Below are positions 1 to 9,643 of a stretch of DNA of 64,000 nt, in pieces. A model generated the notes under the pieces. That model saw nothing but the letters and a program-made list of their open reading frames with translations, did not search any database and was not told the origin of the DNA. Numbering within the stretch: the stretch's first letter is position 1; each line of letters opens with the position of its first letter. Location of the stretch: NCBI GenBank assembly GCA_048886685.1, contig JBHLKM010000018.1, forward strand, positions 1 through 64,000, in the 5' to 3' direction. The position numbers and the translations under genes are program-made. This stretch comes from Candidatus Hodarchaeota archaeon. GTDB lineage: Archaea; Asgardarchaeota; Lokiarchaeia; Sigyniarchaeales; SOKP01.

Positions 1-272
1 TTAAGATTTTCTTCAAATTTTTTGTTTTCTATAATATCTCTTATTTCTATGAATAAATTAAGTGTTGGAAAGAACATTAAGGCATAGGGGACAAGAGAAA
101 TGAGATTTGAAAAGTAAACAAGCCAAATGAATCCAACATGTTGATTTAATATCCCTATTATAAGAATCATTATTCCAACAATGATGATTACTATCCATAA
201 TACTAAAATTATTAAAGAAATTAGTCTTGAATAATCTTTAAAAAACAGATTGGAATTCTTATTTTGGGACAT
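1..272 (-). CDS. Partial hypothetical membrane protein (runs off left edge)
   Basis: Manual translation from ATG at 272: MSQNKNSNLFFKDYSRLISLIILVLWIVIIIVGIMILIIGIL...; two hydrophobic segments and no stop before position 1. Not in the ORF track. Confidence 0.6.
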   Translation of the reverse strand, partial: MSQNKNSNLFFKDYSRLISLIILVLWIVIIIVGIMILIIGILNQHVGFIWLVYFSNLISLVPYALMFFPTLNLFIEIRDIIENKKFEENL

Positions 273-460
273 AATATATAAAAAACAAAAAAAGTCAAAT
301 ATTTAAGTTTTAACTAAAGTGCTAAATAAAATCAATATTCAAGCATCTCTGAAAGTCTTAGATATTTAAAACATAGAAAAAATTATAAATTGAATACGGA
401 TTTTAATATTAAAAGGCTTGCACTGTGGTTATATAAAAGAACTTAAGTCATAGTAATTTA

Positions 461-1279
461 ATGTTTAGATTTTTTAGTTCTAAAATGACTCAATTAAATA
501 TTAACCTCGGTAATATTAAAGGAATATTAACCGATATAGACGGTACTCTTTATTTTAAAGGAAAACCGATTCCTGGAACAATTGAAACACTTTCGAGACT
601 TCGTAAAAAAGGATTAAAATTTTTATTATTTACAAATACCGATAGCAAATCACCCAAAACTATTCTAAAAATACTACATAACTACGGATTCACCGTTAAT
701 CAGAATGAGATCTTTACACCAATTATCGCTTTAAAAGAATTTCTATCGAGTTATCCGGATAAAAAATCATTTTTTGTCACTACTGACGAAGTTGAGAATG
801 AATTTCAGGAGTTCTCTAAAGTTAAAGGGGCTGAAATACCGGATTTTGTTATTATTGGAGACTTTCATGACAATTGGGACGTAAATCGCTTAAATGAAGC
901 GTTCAAATTTGTGTTCAAGGGAGCAAAACTCCTTGGAACTCAAGGAAATTGGTATTACCTGGACAGTAGAGGTGAACCAGTTATAGATACAGGATCATTT
1001 GTTAATATGATTGCTAAAGCAGCTAATGTTGAACCTTTAATTTTTGGTAAACCATCAAAGGAGTATTTTCTCCAAGCATTAAAAAAGATAAATTTAAAGC
1101 AAGATGAGGTTCTTGTAGTTGGGGATGATATTGATTCTGATATCCAAGGAGCAATAAACGCAGGCATTATGGGAATTTTGGTAAGAACTGGTAAAGGACA
1201 ATACTTTGAATCGGATAAATCTCAAATTCTTCCCTTTAAAATAATTGATTCTTTTAATTCATTGATAGAATTCTTCTAA
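461..1279 (+). CDS. HAD-superfamily IIA hydrolase (LHPP/NagD-like phosphatase)
   Basis: DIDGTL motif I, TN motif II, GKP, and GDDIDSDIQGA motif IV. Start may be the ATG at 485. Confidence 0.9.
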   Translation: MFRFFSSKMTQLNINLGNIKGILTDIDGTLYFKGKPIPGTIETLSRLRKKGLKFLLFTNTDSKSPKTILKILHNYGFTVNQNEIFTPIIALKEFLSSYPDKKSFFVTTDEVENEFQEFSKVKGAEIPDFVIIGDFHDNWDVNRLNEAFKFVFKGAKLLGTQGNWYYLDSRGEPVIDTGSFVNMIAKAANVEPLIFGKPSKEYFLQALKKINLKQDEVLVVGDDIDSDIQGAINAGIMGILVRTGKGQYFESDKSQILPFKIIDSFNSLIEFF

Positions 1280-1462
1280 AATGATAAAATTGATAAAGAA
1301 CTTCGCCTGAGATTTATTATAATATTTAAAAGATTTATAGTCCAATTTTTATTATTCTTCTTATTTATTTGAGTAATTTGGTTTAACAAAAAGATTTATA
1401 TATTCTCTATTGCGTATCATTCGTAGAAACTTAATTTAACATAAAAATGAGATGCATAATCC

Positions 1463-2470
1463 ATGGCATTAACAAAAAGTGAATTTTTTGTAAGAGATCT
1501 TGTAATTGACGACGAATACGGAGTTATCGACTCAAATGCAACAATTCAAGAAGCAGCCAAAAAAATGAAAGAATTAGGAGTTCCCGATTTAGTTGTAGTA
1601 GAAGGAGAAGAACAAAAAGTCCTTGGAGTTATCGCTGATTTTGATATTGTTCAAAACGTTGTAGCAGAAGGGAATGACTGTAAATCTGAGATTGTTGTTT
1701 CTACAATGTATAAAATTACTCCTGTAAACTTAGATACTACTGTAAATGACGCCTTTTTAAGAATGCGTGATCTCAATGTAAATGTAGTTCCTGTAGTTGA
1801 AAATGGAAAACTTATTGGTGTTTGTACCATTCAAGATTGTTGGAGTTATATTCCAGATAAAGTTGTAGACGATATTGGGCTAATCCCCGTGAGAAATACA
1901 AGGGTTGCTGAGTTTTGGTTTGCGAGCGCTTGTGTAATAATAGGGTTTACGCTTGGTATTCTTCTTCCACTTGCGGGAGTTTTTGGATTTTTTACTGGAA
2001 GATATAGTGACCTATCACTTCTTCTTGGAAGCTTACCTCCATCTGGAGATCCGATTTTGTTCTTTACATTATTTGATGTAAGAGGGGCTGGGGTTTTTGT
2101 GCCTTTTATTGAATTGAAGGAGCCAATATGGATAGTAATTGATGTTTTTAGCATTTTAATGTTGATATCAACGATTTTTGGGTTATTCTCAATAGTTTAT
2201 ACGAGTTTTTCTGATACTAGAAATATGCAAACTGGATGGTTAATGAGAACTGTTGTGCCCGGAATAGCAGTATTCTTTATGGCTTTTGAATGGATTTTGT
2301 TTGGTATTGCTTTTACATTGGAAACTCCGCAACCCACCATTACTATTGATCCAATCGGATTAACGCTATCAATTATATCAATGATCTTATTTCTATTAGC
2401 TATAAATCGAGATTACGTATTCAGACAAAAACAAATTCCAAGCTCTAATGGAACTGAGGTGAATGTATAA
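1463..2470 (+). CDS. CBS-pair domain membrane protein
   Basis: N-terminal tandem CBS domains (TIQEAAKKM...VLGVI; VPVVENGKLIGVCT) followed by about 4 TM helices. Confidence 0.75.
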   Translation: MALTKSEFFVRDLVIDDEYGVIDSNATIQEAAKKMKELGVPDLVVVEGEEQKVLGVIADFDIVQNVVAEGNDCKSEIVVSTMYKITPVNLDTTVNDAFLRMRDLNVNVVPVVENGKLIGVCTIQDCWSYIPDKVVDDIGLIPVRNTRVAEFWFASACVIIGFTLGILLPLAGVFGFFTGRYSDLSLLLGSLPPSGDPILFFTLFDVRGAGVFVPFIELKEPIWIVIDVFSILMLISTIFGLFSIVYTSFSDTRNMQTGWLMRTVVPGIAVFFMAFEWILFGIAFTLETPQPTITIDPIGLTLSIISMILFLLAINRDYVFRQKQIPSSNGTEVNV

Positions 2471-2472
2471 AA

Positions 2473-3954
2473 ATGCCTCGCGGCGGTGGTGGTTTTCGAG
2501 GTGGAGGTTTTAGAGGGGGTGGATTTGGTGGAGGTTTCCGTGGTGGAGGTTTTAGGGGGGGTGGATTTGGTGGACGAATAGGAGGAGGTAGACCTTCTGG
2601 GAGACCTTTTGGAAGAACTGGAGCAAATAGAATAGTTTCTCGTTCCCCAAGTGGACCTTACAGACATAATCTTTATAGACCTTATCGAAGGTATTACCGT
2701 CCATGGTGGTGGTATCATCGACCATGGTATTATAGATGGTGGTATTCTCCATGGTGGGCAGGACATTACTATCGTCCCTGGTATTACTCTCCCATGTACA
2801 TTGGAGGGGGGATATTATTTATAATTATTATGGCTTTAATTCTTCTCCCTATTTTTGGTGTCGCATTTCTATTTCCCTTTAGTGAAGCTGATGTTGATGG
2901 ATATGTAAATTACCGATCAACTGAAACATTGTATTTTAATGAATTTTGGTATGAACGTGAATATATAGAAGAAGGGAATGGTATCACTTATTATGTTGAT
3001 TCTAGTCCTAGTTTAATAAATTTTGCGATATCTGACAGCCCTTTTAATTCACTACCTACAAAAACTGTGGATATTTCGGAAATTGGACCCATTACCCTTC
3101 TAAATGATCAATATGAATATGTCTGGATGTTTTTAAGACCAGGATCAGTAATTGATTATGATTTTAACACATCAGGGCCAGTAGATTTCTTCATTGGGGA
3201 TGGAAATGATGTATATGTATGGGATCAAGGAGGTTCCCCCATTTTTTATGTTGATGAACCGAGTACAACAGCAGAAGTAGGATCACTACCAATTTTTGAA
3301 GCTAAAGATTATTTCGTTGTATGGTATAATAGTGGTGGTTCAAGTGTAGATGTGGATTTTACAATAGTTTTTACTGCTACTGGTGTGGTAGACTTTACTG
3401 CTGCTAATTTTTATATAAATCAAACTGACTTTATCTCTGAAGATACGTATTATGTACCTTATTCTGGGAATTGGTATTTTTTCATTTACTTTGATCCAAT
3501 GAATTCACCTGAAGAATCCACCTCAATTACTTTTGATGTAACTTATGATACAGGAAAAACTTCTGTTGACAGATGGTTCGATGTTCAATGGATCCTAATC
3601 ATTATCTTAGTAGTGGTTATAATTCTCTTGGTTGCAGCCTTGATAGCAAGAAGAGGTCAAAAGAAATTGAAACTAAAAGAACCAGTAGAGTCGACTCCTA
3701 AAGTATCACCGTATAAAAAAGTCGTAAAAAAAGTGGAAGAACCAAAAGAGGAAAAAAACTGCATACGATGCGGTGCTCCTCTTAAACCTACAACAAAATT
3801 CTGCACCCAATGTGGTGGAAAAATTGAGGGAAGAAAAATCGGTGAGACTTCAGTAACTACTCCTGCAGAAGCGAAAAATTGCTCTCTCTGTGGTAGTAAA
3901 CTTTCAGGAACTGAAAAGTTCTGTAAATGGTGTGGTACTAAGGTAGAAAATTAG
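2473..3954 (+). CDS. Two-TM membrane protein with Gly/RGG-rich N-terminus, beta-rich ectodomain and C-terminal double zinc ribbons
   Basis: (GGGFR)n repeats, an R/Y/W/P-rich segment, TM at about aa 110-135, acidic aromatic ectodomain, TM at about aa 372-392, four CxxC pairs (CIRC, CTQC, CSLC, CKWC). Confidence 0.75.
   Translation: MPRGGGGFRGGGFRGGGFGGGFRGGGFRGGGFGGRIGGGRPSGRPFGRTGANRIVSRSPSGPYRHNLYRPYRRYYRPWWWYHRPWYYRWWYSPWWAGHYYRPWYYSPMYIGGGILFIIIMALILLPIFGVAFLFPFSEADVDGYVNYRSTETLYFNEFWYEREYIEEGNGITYYVDSSPSLINFAISDSPFNSLPTKTVDISEIGPITLLNDQYEYVWMFLRPGSVIDYDFNTSGPVDFFIGDGNDVYVWDQGGSPIFYVDEPSTTAEVGSLPIFEAKDYFVVWYNSGGSSVDVDFTIVFTATGVVDFTAANFYINQTDFISEDTYYVPYSGNWYFFIYFDPMNSPEESTSITFDVTYDTGKTSVDRWFDVQWILIIILVVVIILLVAALIARRGQKKLKLKEPVESTPKVSPYKKVVKKVEEPKEEKNCIRCGAPLKPTTKFCTQCGGKIEGRKIGETSVTTPAEAKNCSLCGSKLSGTEKFCKWCGTKVEN
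2482..2574 (+). repeat. Coding tandem repeat encoding GGGFR/GGGF units
   Basis: Protein reads GGGGFRGGGFRGGGFGGGFRGGGFRGGGFGG; the DNA unit ggtggaggttttag(a/g)gggggtggatttggtgga occurs in two near-identical copies. Confidence 0.85.
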
Positions 3955-3996
3955 TCTTAAATATTTTTTTTTTTTTATTAATTTGATTAAAGAATT

Positions 3997-4203
3997 TTAG
4001 ACATTTTCGTCTGTAGTCTGAGTTCCACCATTATTTATAAAAGAAGCATAAGCTCCCTTTATTTCGTTAAGTTCTACTGTCATAATGGTATGAGCTGTAT
4101 GTTTTCTTTCAAACTTTTTAATATCAACTTGATTTATTGGATTTTCTGGATGAATAACTATATACTCGCGACATTTAATGCATGCACGGGCTCTAAGACT
4201 CAA
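3997..4203 (-). CDS. Small putative zinc-finger protein
   Basis: CIKC plus HTAH potential ligands; TTG start preceded by AGGTGA SD on the minus strand. Confidence 0.65.
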   Translation of the reverse strand: MSLRARACIKCREYIVIHPENPINQVDIKKFERKHTAHTIMTVELNEIKGAYASFINNGGTQTTDENV

Positions 4204-4479
4204 ATTTAATCACCTAATAATCAGACATAGTAGTTAAATCACAAATGTATTTCAAAGTTTTGGTTTTTTTTTAAAAATGTTCTTGAAGAACTGACAAGTT
4301 CGAACATAATTTTTAAATAGATCTCATAATTGAATAAATCTTTTCAATTTACGAAAAATGAAAAAATGTTTAAAAATCATATTTTTTCTTAAAAAATTTG
4401 TTCCATTAACACGTAAAATTATATGGAAATTTTCCTTTTTCTGCAAAAAAGATTATTGGATTCAAATTCTCTAAAATTA

Positions 4480-6684
4480 TTAAATTTCCATGAAGTTAGG
4501 GATTGTAGAATCATATAATCTCTTCATCTTCAGTGAATCAAGTTTGAATTGTTTTGATTTAATTCCACTAATTATAATTTCCGGTTTTGAAATTAACATT
4601 CCGATTTTTTTGAGAGGTACCTTAAATTGTGTAGCAATATCGACTATGGTATCACGATCTTTTGGATTTGTTTCAATAACAAATCTACCAACAGATTCAC
4701 TGAACAGAAATTCATCATCTCTTAGTTTATTGTCATAACAATTAGTAAAGTCAAGATTTGCACCTAACTTATTCTTAAAACACATCTCCGCAATTGTAAT
4801 TACAACACCACCTTTATTTACATCATGATTTGCTTTAACAAGATTGCGATTATATAATACAAAAAGAAAATCCCAGATAGCCTTTATTTTTTCTTCATTG
4901 ATGAAAGGAGGAGTGCCACCTTCTATATCGTGAATAACTGAATGGTATTCAGATCCTCCTAATTCAGCTTTTGTTTCTCCTATTAGAAAAATATCATTAC
5001 CTACTTCCTTAAAAGGAAGAGTTATAATTTTCTCCTCACCTTCTATGATACCTACAATCATAATTGTAGGTGTTGCTTTGATGGCTGTCTTTTTCACTTC
5101 ATCTTCATTATAAAACGATACATTTCCCCCCACGATAGGGATTTTCAGCATCCTACAAAAGTCATTCATACCATCAACGGCTTTAGAAAAATACCAAAAT
5201 GATTCGGGTATTTCTGGGTTCCCAAAGTTGCAACAATTTACCATTGCCATGGGTTTTGCCCCATTTGCTATAACATTCCCACATTCTTCAACTAAAGCTC
5301 CTTTAACACCTTCATAGGGGTCTAAAAAGCAATGTTTTGAATTAACGCCTACACTTGCTGCAATAAATTTATTAGTACCTATAATTCTAAGAACACCTGA
5401 ATCTCCTTCACCACATTTTACAACAGATCTGACACCAACCTCATGGTCATATTGACGGTAGACCCATTCTTTACTACAGATGTTTTCTGAAGCAATTAAT
5501 TTATAAATAATTTCATCTAAATTTAAAGAAGGTTTAGGTGTTTTTTGAGAGAGAAGATCGTCTAAATAATATGGTCTTTTTTCTTCCCTTTTAAAAGTAG
5601 GAGACTCTGAAAGTGCTTTTGAAGGAATGTTTACAACCAGATTTTCTCCATCAAATACTTTAAGTATTTTTGAATCATCTGTTCTACCAATAACAGCAAA
5701 CGCCATTTCATATTTTCTAAATATATCAAGTACAATATCTAATCCTTCTGGTTTAACAATAAAAGCCATTCGTTCCTGTGATTCAGATAACATTATTTCA
5801 TAGGAATTCATTCCCGGTTCTCTTGTAAATACTTTTCTTAAATCTACCTCTGCACCTGTGTTTCCATCACCAGTTAATTCACTTGTTGCGCAAGTTAATC
5901 CTCCTCCACCGAGATCTTTTAATCCTCTTACATAACCTGTTTTTACAGCTTCTATTGTTGATTCAATAATCATCTTTTTTGTAAAAGGATCACCAATCTG
6001 AACTGCGGGTCTATCTGCTTCCGACATTTCTGTTAGAGTGCGAGAGGCAAAAGTTACCCCATGAATTCCATCTCTTCCTGTAGAACCACCCATTAAAACT
6101 ACATAATCACCAGGATTATATGCTCTACTTGGGGCATGTTCGAAATCTTCTATTGTTCCTAAACCTATACAAGCTACATTCACTATACAATTACTTTCAA
6201 AACTGTCATCAAATTCAACTTCACCTCCAATAGTAGGAATACCAGTACAGTTTCCATAATCTGCAATACCTTTAACGACATACTTAAAAAGCCATTGTGA
6301 ATGTGGATTATCCTTTAAATGTCCGAATCGAAGTGGATCTAATAAAGCGATTGGTCTTACACCCATGCATAGAATATCTCTTATTATCCCTCCAATCCCT
6401 GTAGCAGCTCCATGATAAGGTTCAATTGCAGAAGGATGATTATGAGACTCAATTCGAAATGCTAATGCATAGCCATCACCGATATCAATTACTCCCGCGT
6501 CTTGACCAGGACCAGCTAGAACATAATCATAATTATTCTCAGCATCTTCAAATAATTTTAATTTTGGGCGTGATGATTTATAGGAACAGTGTTCACTCCA
6601 CATAACGTCAAACATGCCTAATTCAGTAATATTCGGATCTCTATCTAGTAATTCCTTTACTTTATTATATTCTTCATTAATCAT
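4480..6684 (-). CDS. purL: Phosphoribosylformylglycinamidine synthase subunit PurL
   Basis: WSEHCSYKSS, ESHNHPSAIEPY, GAATGIGGIIRDI, DLGGGG, LSESQERM, GGNVSFYN. The frame stays open upstream to an ATC at 6726 overlapping the purQ stop. Confidence 0.97.
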   Translation of the reverse strand: MINEEYNKVKELLDRDPNITELGMFDVMWSEHCSYKSSRPKLKLFEDAENNYDYVLAGPGQDAGVIDIGDGYALAFRIESHNHPSAIEPYHGAATGIGGIIRDILCMGVRPIALLDPLRFGHLKDNPHSQWLFKYVVKGIADYGNCTGIPTIGGEVEFDDSFESNCIVNVACIGLGTIEDFEHAPSRAYNPGDYVVLMGGSTGRDGIHGVTFASRTLTEMSEADRPAVQIGDPFTKKMIIESTIEAVKTGYVRGLKDLGGGGLTCATSELTGDGNTGAEVDLRKVFTREPGMNSYEIMLSESQERMAFIVKPEGLDIVLDIFRKYEMAFAVIGRTDDSKILKVFDGENLVVNIPSKALSESPTFKREEKRPYYLDDLLSQKTPKPSLNLDEIIYKLIASENICSKEWVYRQYDHEVGVRSVVKCGEGDSGVLRIIGTNKFIAASVGVNSKHCFLDPYEGVKGALVEECGNVIANGAKPMAMVNCCNFGNPEIPESFWYFSKAVDGMNDFCRMLKIPIVGGNVSFYNEDEVKKTAIKATPTIMIVGIIEGEEKIITLPFKEVGNDIFLIGETKAELGGSEYHSVIHDIEGGTPPFINEEKIKAIWDFLFVLYNRNLVKANHDVNKGGVVITIAEMCFKNKLGANLDFTNCYDNKLRDDEFLFSESVGRFVIETNPKDRDTIVDIATQFKVPLKKIGMLISKPEIIISGIKSKQFKLDSLKMKRLYDSTIPNFMEI

Positions 6685-6725
6685 TTCGACGTCTACTTCT
6701 TTCCCATTAACATTTACCTTTGTGA

Positions 6726-7436
6726 TTAAGATAACCTCTGTGTAATGAATTTTATTATCGACTCAAAAAATTTTTTTCCATGTTCAGTTCCTTTAGGGCT
6801 TAATATTGCTTCTGATGCTCGTTCTGGATGTGGCATTAATCCTATGCAATTATGTTCTAAATTACACACACCAGCTATATTTTCTAAAGATCCATTAGGA
6901 TTCGCATCCTCAGTTAAATCTCCGCCTTCAGTAGAATATCTGAATACAATCTGGTTGTTTTCTTCTAATTCTTCCAGGATATCAGTATAATAACGTCCCT
7001 CACCATGAGCTATAGGAACAGCAAGGACATCACCAACATTCATTTTATTTGTACAGGCTGTTTTATTATTTTCTACTTTGAGATTCACCCATTTACAAAT
7101 AAATTTAAGAGATTCATTCCGCAACAATGCACCAGGAAGAAATTGAGCTTCGGTTAAAATCTGGAACCCATTACAAATACCAATTACAGGTCTCCCATCT
7201 TTAAGCATAATTCTTGCTTCATCTATTGCGGGACTATGGGCAGCAATTATTCCTGCTCTTAAATAATCTCCGAATGCAAATCCACCTGGTAAAATAACTC
7301 CATCAAATTTCGACTCCTTAAAATGGTTATGCCATACTAAATCTGCCTTAACATTAATAACATTATTTAACACATGAATTGCATCTAAATCACAATTCGC
7401 AGCAGGGAATTGGATAACTGCTATTTTAATATTCAT
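6726..7436 (-). CDS. purQ: FGAM synthase glutaminase subunit PurQ
   Basis: LPGGFAFGDYLRAG, GICNGFQIL (Cys nucleophile), PIAHGEG, NPNGS, MPHPER. Confidence 0.97.
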   Translation of the reverse strand: MNIKIAVIQFPAANCDLDAIHVLNNVINVKADLVWHNHFKESKFDGVILPGGFAFGDYLRAGIIAAHSPAIDEARIMLKDGRPVIGICNGFQILTEAQFLPGALLRNESLKFICKWVNLKVENNKTACTNKMNVGDVLAVPIAHGEGRYYTDILEELEENNQIVFRYSTEGGDLTEDANPNGSLENIAGVCNLEHNCIGLMPHPERASEAILSPKGTEHGKKFFESIIKFITQRLS

Positions 7437-7702
7437 GATTTGGATACTCTTAAAATAGTTAAATTTTGAGTAACAGGATTGAATATTCTTAATTTATTAC
7501 ACATATCTTCAACAATTTCTTTTGCCTTCTCTTCATTTTCAGAAGAAATATGAATACGAAGATATTGACCACTACGAACATTTGAAATCATATCATAACC
7601 TTTCTTGGCTAGGAGATCACGTTTTATAGTTTCACCAACCGGATCTCTTGCCATTTCTTTGTTAGTCATGATGATTTCAACTATAAAATTAGTTTGCATC
7701 AT
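7433..7702 (-). CDS. purS: FGAM synthase subunit PurS
   Basis: DPVGETI...VRSG...MCNKLRIFNPV pattern; ATGA-overlap with purQ. Confidence 0.9.
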   Translation of the reverse strand: MMQTNFIVEIIMTNKEMARDPVGETIKRDLLAKKGYDMISNVRSGQYLRIHISSENEEKAKEIVEDMCNKLRIFNPVTQNLTILRVSKS

Positions 7703-7869
7703 TATCAGAAGAAATTAGTAAATTTTTTTTCTGTTTAAGGAACATAAATTCTAGGCAATCCATTTATGAAAAGAGAGGTTGTATATATTATTATTAATTC
7801 TTATTAACTTAAAAATAATTCCCTTCGACAAAAACGACGAGAACACGTTTTTTATTAAGAAGAAGTATC

Positions 7870-8073
7870 TTAGTAGTATGCTAAGCTAATAATTACAGCT
7901 AGTACTAAAGATAAGAGACTGAATAATAAGCTTTGTGAACTACGCTTAGGTAATTCATTTCCTTTTAAATCAATATACCGGTTACCTTGATAACTTTTAA
8001 TATCAAGTATTATAAAGATGAAGCTAAGCAAAAATAGTGCTAAATCAAGAAATAAAAGAATTAAAGCTAACAT
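7870..8073 (-). CDS. Small two-TM hypothetical protein
   Basis: Two hydrophobic helices; occupies the purC-purS gap on the same strand. Confidence 0.5.
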   Translation of the reverse strand: MLALILLFLDLALFLLSFIFIILDIKSYQGNRYIDLKGNELPKRSSQSLLFSLLSLVLAVIISLAYY

Positions 8074-8119
8074 AATACGATAAAATACTGTTATTTATTA
8101 TTTAAAGTTTTCTTAAATT

Positions 8120-9097
8120 CTATAAATAATTGCTTTCCTTTAAATTTTTAAGTATTCTCTGGTTCACATCCGCAACTTCTGCTTTAAAATCCGATCCTGT
8201 AATCTTTTTATAACTTCTCATGTATCTCTTTGCTAATTCTATTTTAATATCCTCTGATATTGGAGGGATTTCTTCGTTAGGCTTAATATCAGGAAAGATT
8301 TCCGGATAAGTATCCATTAACCATCCTCTAAATATCTCTTTATCTAATATTTCCGGTTCCTCATCTTTTTCAAATCGTTCTTCATAGGAATCCAATATCC
8401 AAAATCTTGATGAATCTTGGGTATGGATTTCATCAATGACCATTAATTCCCCATCTTTCAATCCAAATTCATATTTAGTATCAACCATAATAAGTCCATT
8501 TTGCTTACAAAACTCTTGGCCATATCTGAATAAATTTAACGCAGCTTCTTCCATTTCTTCATAGATTTCTTTTCCTACCATTTTCTCGCTAATAATTTTT
8601 TCTTTAGAGATATAAATGTCGTGGCCAGATTCAGCCTTCGTTGAGGGTGTAACTAAAACCTCATCTAATTTTTGATTTTTTTTTAAACCTTTCGGCATTA
8701 TTATCCCTGAAGTAGGTTCACCTTTTAAATAATTACGCCAAGCAGTCCCAGTGATATATGCTCTCACAATTATCTCAACTGGAATAGTCTGACATTGATG
8801 GACAACCGATACACTTGGATCTGGTACCTCAATTATGTGGTTCTTTACTAAATGTTTAGTTTTCTCAAACCAGAAGGAAGAGATCTGGTTTAACATTTGA
8901 CCCTTGAAAGGAATAGTAGTAATTACCCTATCGAAGGCGCTTAGGCGATCAGTGGCGATAATAATTCTTTTATCCTCTTGAATGTAATTATCGCGAACTT
9001 TTCCTCTATATAAATTTCCTAAATTAACGAAATTAGTTTTATTTAGAGTATAATTAAGCTGTTTTTTAATTATCTCTTCAATATTTTGTGCAAACAT
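8120..9097 (-). CDS. purC: SAICAR synthetase
   Basis: YRGKVRDNY, TDRLSAFD, IPFKG, PVEIIVRAY, TPSTKA, DTKYEFG, DEIHTQDSSRFW, LDKE. Confidence 0.96.
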   Translation of the reverse strand: MFAQNIEEIIKKQLNYTLNKTNFVNLGNLYRGKVRDNYIQEDKRIIIATDRLSAFDRVITTIPFKGQMLNQISSFWFEKTKHLVKNHIIEVPDPSVSVVHQCQTIPVEIIVRAYITGTAWRNYLKGEPTSGIIMPKGLKKNQKLDEVLVTPSTKAESGHDIYISKEKIISEKMVGKEIYEEMEEAALNLFRYGQEFCKQNGLIMVDTKYEFGLKDGELMVIDEIHTQDSSRFWILDSYEERFEKDEEPEILDKEIFRGWLMDTYPEIFPDIKPNEEIPPISEDIKIELAKRYMRSYKKITGSDFKAEVADVNQRILKNLKESNYL

Positions 9098-9159
9098 GAT
9101 TTTCTTATAGTTGAAGAAAAAATAAAAATTATTATTATTAATTAAGGAATAAAACTGGT

Positions 9160-9630
9160 TTAATCAACATCGACGTTAATTCCGCATTTATTACATCTAT
9201 TTGTGCCTCGAAACAAGGGATTATCGCATTCAGGGCAATGGTACCTTTTTTCCTCTTCCTCAACCCACTTCTCCGTTCCTATTTCCCTCCACCTTGGAAT
9301 TGCTCTTAAAATTACTTTTTTTCCGACAGGTATTGGAAAATTTTCTATAAATTTACATGGAAAATCATCACATCGATAGCATCCATCTATTCTTTTATTT
9401 ATTATACAATCTCTTATGGGGCATAATTGGCAATATCCAAATATATCTTCTTTATTTTCAGAAAGACACCCTTTACATTTAACATCTTCAATCGTTTTTG
9501 AAAAAGGTTTATATACATTTACAAGACGTTCTTTAAATTTCAAATTATTATCTCTATGAGCAATATATATAGCGCAAACGCCACAATATAATCCACATGG
9601 AGCTAAGAGTTCTTTATTAATGTTAACCAC
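9160..9630 (-). CDS. DUF3795-type Cys-rich protein with C-terminal zinc ribbon
   Basis: APCGLYCGVC, CKGC, CPIRDC, CYRCDDFPC, CPEC/CNKC. Start moved to the in-frame GTG at 9630 to remove the overlap with the upstream gene. Confidence 0.8.
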   Translation of the reverse strand: MVNINKELLAPCGLYCGVCAIYIAHRDNNLKFKERLVNVYKPFSKTIEDVKCKGCLSENKEDIFGYCQLCPIRDCIINKRIDGCYRCDDFPCKFIENFPIPVGKKVILRAIPRWREIGTEKWVEEEEKRYHCPECDNPLFRGTNRCNKCGINVDVD

Positions 9631-9643
9631 ATCTTTTATTTTT

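Noticed and set aside
2482-2574. G-rich repeats as a CRISPR array or non-coding repeat
   Set aside because: No spacers; the repeats are in-frame Gly/Phe/Arg codons with synonymous variation.
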